Source of the DNA: Setoptus koraiensis
Lineage: Eukaryota; Animalia; Arthropoda
DNA: 64,000 nt
Direction of reading: 5' to 3'
Assembly: GCA_048013815.1 (NCBI GenBank)
Contig: CM106585.1
Coordinates: forward strand, 13,020,001 to 13,084,000
Both the position numbers and the translations under genes were made by a program. The notes beneath the pieces were generated by a model that saw only the letters and a list, made by a program, of their open reading frames with translations, searched no databases and had not been told where the DNA came from. Every line of letters starts with the position of its first letter. Position 1 is the first letter of the stretch. Shown here piece after piece: positions 31,501-41,400 of the stretch.

Positions 31501-34500
31501 GTTGAGTTACTTTGACTATTATTATTGAGTTGACCACTATTTTGGCCATTCTGTCGGCTTATCTTGTCCCTCTGACTAGCGCCACTGTTGCTATCTAAAG
31601 ATTGTTGTTGTACCAATTCAAAGTGGCCACCATTACCATTACTACTGTTACTATCAAATGGTTGCCCATTAACCAAACTGGGCCCGTTACTCTGTTGTTG
31701 TTGTTGTTGTTGTTGTTGTTGCTGCTGCAACTGATTGCCGCTCGCTGTCCAGTTGGTTGTGGCCAGTCCGTTGTTGGTCTGTTGCAGTTGCTGCTGTTGG
31801 CAGTTGTTGTTGGCAGTCGCTGGCACTGTTGTGTTTGTCGTGCTGCCGCTGTTGTTGTTGTTAGTGGCGCCGGACAAGGACAATAATTGATCTTGGCTCT
31901 GACTAACGGCCACTTGCTGCCCATTGTTGGCCATTGTTGTTATGTTTATCTCTTTGGTGGCCACTTTTTGCAAAATCAGCACCTCTTTGCCTGTTTTTTG
32001 TGGTTTTGTTGTTGGTTGTTGTCGTCGGTTGTCGTCGTCGGTTGTCGTCGTCGGTTGTTGTTGTGGTTGCGATTGTGGTTGCGATTGTGGTTGCCGTGGT
32101 CGGCGCAGATGAGTTGGCAGCAGACAAAATTGACAGTCAACAAAAGAGAAGAGAACAGAGAGTCAGTTGTTGTTGTGGTCGTCAGTTGCGTAATCTTTTG
32201 CATTTGACACTTTGCAAGCTCGCGCGCTTTGCCGAGAGCATTGATCTCGTCAATGCGACTTTCTGCGAATATTACACATCCATGTGCGCTGGCCACAACT
32301 GGCCGATCGGCCGCTCATCTCGCTCGATGGCGGCGCCATATCGTGAGATATCGTTGATAATCAGCTCGCTCGATGGCTCACATAACTGGGCCCGGAATGC
32401 GACACTAAACGACGGCAATTGGCTCGAAAACGCTTTCTCCATTTGCGATTAGTTACAGTGTGCCCACAGCGGCAGCAGCACAGTTTCGGCAAACTGTCCA
32501 AACTCGCAAAAGATGGCAAAAAACTCGCGAAAGATGGCAAAAAACTCGCAAAAGATCCCGGAGTGGTCCAGTTGCTCCAGCTCAGAGTGCGCCCAAATGC
32601 CCCGCCGACAATTGCGCGAGACAGCGCCAAATATCGAGACAAATGACCAGATCGTTTGCGGCCTCATTTACCATCATTTAAATTTGGTGCGTGCTGTCTG
32701 GCATGCACCAACAAATGCGCTCGCCAGCGACACGCTTGCGAGAGCAACTTGGCACTTATTCCGTTTTAACTATCCGCTAAATGAGTATTTTTGGTGGCGC
32801 CGTTCAGCGGCTCGCCCCGAGCGAAATCTTGAGCTTGCCAAAACAAACAAAGGGCGTAAAAAAGGGTCACTGGCGAGCGTGTGAATTAGGCGCAGTTTCT
32901 CAACGCCAATTCCAGAATTAGCCCTATTATCTGAGGCGAAGAATAGAGCTAATTGTAGCTGCGATAATATAACGAATTGGCTCGCGCAGCGCCAGCTTAA
33001 GTCGCTCACCCGAGCGAGCAGCCTCCTAAAATTTTATGCCTCGACTACCTACACACCGAGAGAGATTCTCTGGCTAGCTATGTTGTATCGCGTAACTCAC
33101 TTTGCGCAGCTCACTTTGCGCGCCTCACTTCGGGGCCTCACTTCGGGGCCTCAATTTGCATAACTCGGGGGAGCTGGTGTGTGCGTGTGCATTCGCAGTG
33201 CCTCGGCGGTTGTCGAGCGAAAAATTTCAGGCCCCAGTTGTTTGAGCAAGCCCGAGGGGGCGGCAGCGGCGGGCCATTGCTGGGCCGGCCTGTTTGGGGC
33301 CCGGCCGGCGATGTGTTAAGTGGCGTCAAGTTAGCGTAGCCAGTGGGCTGATTATTGATTATTTTCTGCTCATTTAAATACATATCCGCCGCTTGGCGCG
33401 CGGCCACGTGAGCTGGCAACACAAGCAAGCAAACAAACTTCACTGCCCGATTACTTTAATGCGTCTAACTCTCGTGCGATGCGGGCTCGCCCGACAATCC
33501 GCCGACAATCCGCCGACAATCCGCCGACAACCCGCCGACAACCCGCCGACAACCCGCCGACAAGCCGGCGACTGTCCGGCACTGGCCGCCTACAATCGTC
33601 TGAATTGTCAGACGATTGTGTGCGATATGATGAAACAATATGACGAGTATGAAATAAAATGAGTTGTTACGCCACTTGATCTCTTATCTGTGCAATGCAC
33701 GGTGCTGTCGCTGTTGACGGATCATGTGCACCGAGAATGGATATTGTGAGCTGAATATTTATTATTGTCGTGGGTGCACAACGACTTGTTTGTTTGCACT
33801 CGCTGCCCACATATGGCCCCACGATATCCGCGAATATCTGCGAACATGTGCGAATATCTGCGCATATATCATACGTGGCCCATATATTCTTTTGTTCTTT
33901 GCTCGGGCTCGGCGCTGCCGATTTTCTCGACTCGATTTTCTCGACTCGATTTTCTCGACTCGATTTTCTCGACTCGATTTTCTCGACTCGAGAATCTCGA
34001 CATGTTCGCGCAACCCAAATCCCGGTACCAGTGACCAACAATCAGTTGGCTGCTCTAACAAGTGCCCACAGTCGCCCGCAGGCCTCGGCCGCCGCCCACG
34101 CCCTACCAACGTTGAACCAAGCTGGTACCAGCGCCTTTATACCCATGCCATACCCACGCTGTCGGCACCGCTACGCCATCGGGCTAGCTTGCCAGGTGCC
34201 GCTGTGTGCACGACACTGCCACAGCTGGCTTGCCGGCTCGGCCGCCAGGGGGCCAGTGTATCATGGAGCGTAGTTTAGTATTGATAGTTTAGCATACTGT
34301 AATGCCACACTGTAATACTGAAATATCACACTGTCAAACTGTAATCATCACACGGTAATACAGGCCAGACATTGCTGTGTACACATTGTTTGCGCACAAA
34401 TATTTATATTTTCTTCTTTTTTTATATTTATACCAGTACCCAGACGCGAGTACCGAGTTAAATGGCGAGTGCATATGGCGCCAGGTAGACAAAGTCGCTA

Positions 34501-35139
34501 TTTGAGGACGGTATTTGCCCGCCGGAAGTGGTGTGTGTGTGTGTGCGTAAAAAGTAGTAGTGTATAATATACATAAATGTGAGCACACACCAAAGGCACA
34601 TATACCAGCGCCCAAGGCAGTCGGCACCAGACTGTCTGTTTGTCACCTGGGTCCCCAGGGAGGTCACCTGTCGAGCTGATGGGCTAGGCCGAAATTAACA
34701 CTGTCCGCCGCTATCAGTGGCTATCAGTCATATTCATATTTCGCGGCGCTATCATGGTCTGGTCTGGCTCATTCAATGCTGGCCTGATGTAACGTCGAAT
34801 TGAGGCTCAATTCAATGTCAGCCCCAATTCAAGCCGGTTAAGTTGGCCGCCAGGCGATTGTGTGGCTGTGCATGGTTGGCCAAGATGTGGTGGTCGCACG
34901 AGATCATACACGTACGATGAGATATGTTGATGAGATGGTGCGATATGCATATTTGAATTTGCGTTTGCACGTACACGTGAACGCAGGGCTTTGTTTGCAG
35001 CTACGTGCAGCACAGTATCGACCCCATGCCAGACAGCTGTTTACGTGTGACGTGATTGAGTGGCTAGCCGGTGTTGGGGCCCCCCAAAAAGCACAACACC
35101 GAACACACAAATATCAGCTATCAGTTATGTAACCAGTAA

Positions 35140-35183
<44 letters not shown>

Positions 35184-35436
35184 GTTGCGTTTGCAACAAC
35201 TTAACATCAACAACAACACGACAATGATCAATTGGATAGAGGCGCCAATAGAGGGCCTGCAGGCCCTCTACTGGCACGCAGATGCACGCGCCACAATGGT
35301 GCGCCGGGCGATCTGCGTTGAATCATAATCTACTTTGAATAATAATAATAGCACAACATGGGCGAACAACAAACAATGGGGGCACTTGACGAAAGGATGA
35401 TGTATCACGGCGGCGGCGGCGGCGACGGCTATAGCG

Positions 35437-35472
<36 letters not shown>

Positions 35473-38400
35473 CGCCCCTATGTGCTCCGCGATGAGTTAC
35501 ACCTAGGCCGGCCATCGTTGCGCACTTGCTGTTGCTCCAATTAGCTTAATGATGAGCGATAATGCGATTACATAACATCATGATGATGATGAATGAATAA
35601 ACAACAGAGACAGAGCTAATAATAATAATGTGTGTGTGTGTAGTGTGCACTTACCGTGTTCCTTCAGTCTCACTGTGTTTGCCTCGACGTCGCGCAAAAT
35701 AGTGTTGAAGTTTAGCTTGTCCACTCGAAGAAAATAACAATTGTGCTCATTGGTCACTATTGTTGCCGCTCTAGGTGCGTCATTTACCAGCGCCAGCTTG
35801 CCAAAATCATCGCCCTCGTGCAACGTACAAACAACGCCCTTGCCAACGATAACAACGTTCACTGAGCCGCGCAATATGATATACCACGAGTGACCGGGAT
35901 CGCCCTGATTGAACAGTATCGTTCCCTGGCGTTCGTGATACTCCGACGTGACGCAAGCGGCCAGTTCCTTTTTTACGCTGCTGTTCAAATGGCTCAGGGC
36001 CTTTATGTGAACCAGCTCCTCGTACACAATGTCCACCTCCTCCTTGGAGCGCTCGTTGGGCCTTCGTTTGATCATTGCAATTGGTTTAATTGGTGTAATT
36101 AGTTTAATTAGTTTTACAGGATTCGAATGAATATTTAAACAGTTAAACCAACAGCGACGGACAACAGTATTCACCCGTGACGTTCTGGCGAGCAGTATTC
36201 ACGGGTGAATACTGCTCGCCAAATACACACTTAATGCTGACAATAATGCTGACAAGCTCACAAAATTTAATAAATTTTTAATTTCTCAATCCCTTACCTT
36301 TTGGCCAAAATCAACCGGAAGCTGGCGTCGGGCGCCAATTGGGCGAGCGTCGCCACCGACTGAAGCAAATCCGATTGCGCTATGCGCTCCTCCTCTTCGC
36401 TGGGCATTTTTATCTCGTTGGAGGTACCGTCGCGGTCAAACCAGAACCTGTAGAGCATGTAGTCGTCCTTGAATTGCAAATGATCCTCGTCGTACCCAAA
36501 TATAATACCCTGCTCTAATAATACCTGCCACATGCTTGCCGCTTGCAAGCGCGAATGAATTCTGCTCGATGTACCAATCAAATTTGAACAAATATTCAAT
36601 AACCAGTCGCACATTTCGCTGCCAACCAAGCACTTCCGGTACACGGCCCCATCAGAGGTTATAGCGGCCGGACTGTCTGGCTGTTGCTCTAAACAACTGT
36701 CTGTCGATGAGGAATAATCTGCGTTTATCTGACCTGTTGTCGTAGTTGATTGTTGATTGCTGTTGCTGTCGGACTGTTGTTGTTGTTGTTGACCAACTAT
36801 TGACAGGCCACTGTTAGTTCGGTGCTGTAGATGGCGCGCAATTGCTTGACTTCCGGTTGCTGATCGCACCGCATTGGGGGCGCCCTCTGAGTGATTGGTG
36901 CAGCCCATGTCAAAACTGTTGCTGCTCAATAACTTGTAACGGGCCTGTTGTTGTTGCTGTTGTTGCTGTTGTTGGCTGTTGGTCTGGCCGCGCGTGCTCG
37001 ACTTTCGGCTCAATAAACCCGCAACCATTTTGCCCGCTCGACTGCCCGTTGAGGCGGGCGGAGCGGGCTGGTCCGCGGCTGACTGTGCGGCCAATATGGG
37101 ATTATTGTTGAGATCGCGCTTCTTTTGGCGGCTGTTTGCAGTCTGTTGTTGTTGCTGTTGTTGTAGTCTGCTTGTTGCTAATTGCAGTTGCTGTTGTTGT
37201 TGTTGTTGCAAGGCATCTATGGTGGTCAATTTGCGATTTCTAATCAAATGCGGCGACCGGGTAATGATGAGAGTGCGCAACACCCACCCGATCCTCATCA
37301 ACTGGCTGGTCATTTCCTGCAATTTTCAGTTTGTTCAATTTGATTTGAGCGTCGTGTTACGTAAACAAAGACACATGTAATTGTGTGTTGATTACAAGCG
37401 AGCGATTAATTATTAAAATTGCATCGATTAAATTTTAATTGATTCATGGGATTCATTTTAATTTGTTGGTTATACTTACGTTTGTGTCGTCGGTGGGCGT
37501 GAAAGGCGATCCGTTTTGCTCATTGTTTGCTTGCGCTCCATCGAACGGTTGTTGTTGTGTCAAGTTGTTGCTGGTGTTAAGTTGCGACGATGACGCAACG
37601 TTATTAATTTCGTTGATTTGTTGCTTGAGTAATTGACTATTGAATTGCATTTGCTGCTGCTGCTGCTGAGGCTGCTGATTGTTTATGTTGTCGCTGGCGG
37701 ACGAGCTAGATCTGCTCATATTTGACCTAACGGGACCTGCATAGGAACACACAGATAAATGAATTTAAATAAAAAAATATTGAGTGAGCCACCAGAGTAT
37801 GCAAATGAGCTTGCCAGATATTTGTGGCAGTGATATTGATTGCTTGCGCTGATGCTTACGGTAGACGGAATTCATCTTGTTTAGGCTGGTGAATGAGCAA
37901 AATGGAGACGATTCCACGTCGTCTATCAAGTGCGACTGCTCATTGAATATCTCCTGGAAATCGGCTCTTCTCACTCTGAGCAGCGTGCACTCGTCGTTTG
38001 TAATAACACTGACACTGTGCGATCTGCCCGGCATTACGCTGGCCCCAAATGTGGTGCCCACCCCCAACGTGCACAAGGTCACCACGTCCTGACGATAATA
38101 AAAAAAAATAATGACGTTGGTTTGTTTGTTTGATTCATTGGCCGTCCAATTCCGGCCAATTTCGTCCAATTCCGGCCAATTTCGTCCGATTCCGGCCAAT
38201 TTCGTCCGATTCATTTCCGGTTCAGTTGGATGAGTCCGGCATTCGGTTTTCAGTGAGCCGTTTGCGCCACCATGACAGAGTGACCGTGGCCAGATTAACG
38301 TGGCCAAACAACATGTAACAATAAAAAGAAATATAAATATAAATTAGTGAACAGGTCGATGATTGATTGTCAGTGAGCCGAGAAATCACTAGACGTTTTA

Positions 38401-41400
38401 GAGGATGATATATCTTGCTGTGTTTGTTATGACAAATGGTGAATAGTGAAATTATGATTCATTATGATATTGGCAAGATAATGAAATGAATATTCATTAT
38501 TAAGTGATGTAATGCGATCATAGTAGTAGACTCGTACAAGTGGGTATGTGAGACGGCAGCATTTGTCGTCGTTGGTGGCCGTCTCATCCGGTTCGTGCAG
38601 GCTCTCGACAAAGCGCTCAGAAGCGTCAGCTTTGGCGTGTGATGCCGATGATGTTAGCTGACCACTCTTGCTAATTGATTGACTGTCATTCTTGTCACTT
38701 TTGTCACTGTTGTTTTTGTTGCTGTTTTGCTGTTGCTCTCGCCGGCCTCTAAAAGAATAGGAGCCCTTTCGACAGGTGAATATTCTCGTCAGCATGTCTC
38801 GCTAGGCTTGTGACAGTGTGTGCGTGTGTGACAGTGCAAAGCAATATTTTCATATATTATATTTACTAATCACAAATCACTAATCACCAATTACTAATTA
38901 TCAATTACTAATTATCAATTACTAATGGCCTGTCTGTTTTCAGGCTACCGTTGCACGTACACTAAATAGTATGTTATTATACAATAGGAATGATCGTTTG
39001 ATGGTGTTCAGGTAGTGGCCATAAAACACTTGCAGTTTTGTTGTTCGTTGTCTGGGTCGGCTCGTCATCATCATCGTAATTTCTAATTAATTACACTGTG
39101 CACTTGTTGTTATCTGACAATTCTCACTGACAACACTCACTCTCTCACATTGACAACAACATTTAACTCTAACTCTGTATTTAATTAATAACTCTGTATT
39201 GATTGGTTGGCGATAGTTAATTAATTAATTAATTAATTGATACTGTTGTTATTGCTTGTGGTTAATTATTATGAATCTATTGATAGTGATAAACGTGCTC
39301 GACATGGTCATATGTGATGCGGGTATCAGCGTGTGTTCACAGTGAACAGCCGAACAGCAGGTGAGTAATAATAATATTCATTCATTGGTGTTGTTTTACT
39401 TTAATCAGCAACAACAGCAGCACCAGCATCATCATTGCGCAACACAATGAATGATGATTGATTGCATTGTTGTATGAAAGCTAGCGATTGTTGTTGCCGT
39501 TGTTGTTGTTGTTGTTGTTTTGGGCAATTGTCGGCCCGATGATGAGCTGTTACAACAAGAGCATGCGCCATCTATTACAACATATATTATCTATTACAGG
39601 TGCATATAATAGCTGTTAAATACTCTCTGCATGATGTTGTGTGTCGATGTGTGGGCCATTGGCAACTTATCCACACTCACTGACTCACTGCAGCTCACTA
39701 GGCTATAGCTGCAGTGTCAATATAATGTCATTGTAGCCATGTGCCGATAAAAATAACGACAACAACACTATTAACAATAGCGCACAGTATAGACGCGTCG
39801 TTAACAGTGCGACGACCATTACGTAATACCAATACAATGTGCCAGTATGTGATTATATAATCTAGCATATACACTAACTAGTAGCGTCACCTGTTTTCAC
39901 TGTCGACTGTCACCATCACTAATGAATCATTAGTGATGTTGCTGGCGATAAGTGGCTAACTGTTGCTGGCCAACATGCACAATTATCGACAATTGTGCGT
40001 GAGACACAAATTTGTCACCAAAAATTGTATGTTTTTATAACGTTGTTTATCGCAAAAAAAAAACAAACAAACAAGAGCAATTGTTTTTTGCTGCTCTGTC
40101 TGTTTACTTTTTGCACCTTTTGCAACAACCAAGTTGTGTCAGCACAACAAGAGTTTTACTGTTACTCTGGTGCTATTATTTGACACTGTGCAATGCAGCC
40201 ACTGTATGAAAAGTCACTCAACTGGCGACGACCTTATCGGCAAGCTAGTGTCACAAACACTAACGCTTATCTGATGTTTGAGAAATGTCCACGAGGCGTC
40301 GCTCGCAACCAAGCATTCGAGGGCCGACAGCTGACAGCCGTCAAACGCTGTGTGCCGGTGTCCAGTGTAAGGTGACCACAGTATGGTCAACCCACAAATA
40401 GACACTTACAAGACACTGTTGTTGTCGTCGTTGTTGTTGTTGTTGACTAAACAATTGATGCGCGATCTATCCACCTGTCGATACCTGTGATGTAGCGGGT
40501 CGGCATATGCACACAAGGTTTGCGTTACATAACGGTCGACTCGGTCACTCAACAACAACTGTGAGTGGCAACTCGTTGAACTGGCCTCACTCGAACACTT
40601 TAAACTCACTTGTCAAGTTAACAAGTTGTCGCTGACAGCGACAACAAGGTCACAGTTGCTCGCGTTGGCCTTGTTACGCAATCATCTGTGACTGGTGCGT
40701 CGTGATGTGAGCCAGCTGATGACCCATTTGATGCGCTCCAATTGTGCACTGTCGCTCGCCAAACAATCAGCCCACTTTTTGCTATTCAGCCCGTCTGGCC
40801 GGTCAACTTGGTGGCGCTCAAATGTGCCAACTTGGCACTGCCAAGTGAGCTTCAAGTTGGCTCGCTTGACACTTGTCAGCTGACTGTCATTAGAGCTTCC
40901 CAAGTCAGCCGACTGTCAGTTGGGCTCCGTGAGTCAGCTGACTGTCAGTTGGGCTCCTTGAGTCAGCTGACTGTCAGTTGGGCTCCGTGAACGTGCCGCA
41001 AACATGCCGTATGCATGCCGTACATATGACATATATATTCCATATATATATAACGTACCGTGTCGATATACACACATCCACGTATTGGCCAACTATGCCA
41101 CGAGCTTATCATGGCGAGCTAATTGCGCTCGCCAGAGGGCCTTCGGTGCCTTGCGTGAGGGGCAATAACATCTTCAAATGAGCTATTGTTGCGTCACAAG
41201 CATGCGCACAAACAACGAGTCACGTGAAGAGTTATCATCATCGGTATCGGTCAGTTTGTAAGTTGGTAAATAACGGCCGCCGATGTTGTCCGATATAAAT
41301 CGGTTTATCGGCCGATACGCCGATATGTCGGTCAGCAGTTAGCTCGAACTAACAACATTGAAAGCGAATGGCCACTCTGCCGACGTAACCGGTGCATGAT

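Noticed and set aside
33920-33989. CRISPR-like appearance of tandem repeats (also 40875-40990, 63071-63160)
   Set aside because: Head-to-tail units without unique spacers, eukaryotic context, no cas genes.
29300-35600. Short ORFs (60-180 aa) in the Epac introns other than the listed exons
   Set aside because: They derive from tandem repeats or GC-rich stop-poor sequence; no homology signal or splice-consistent role.
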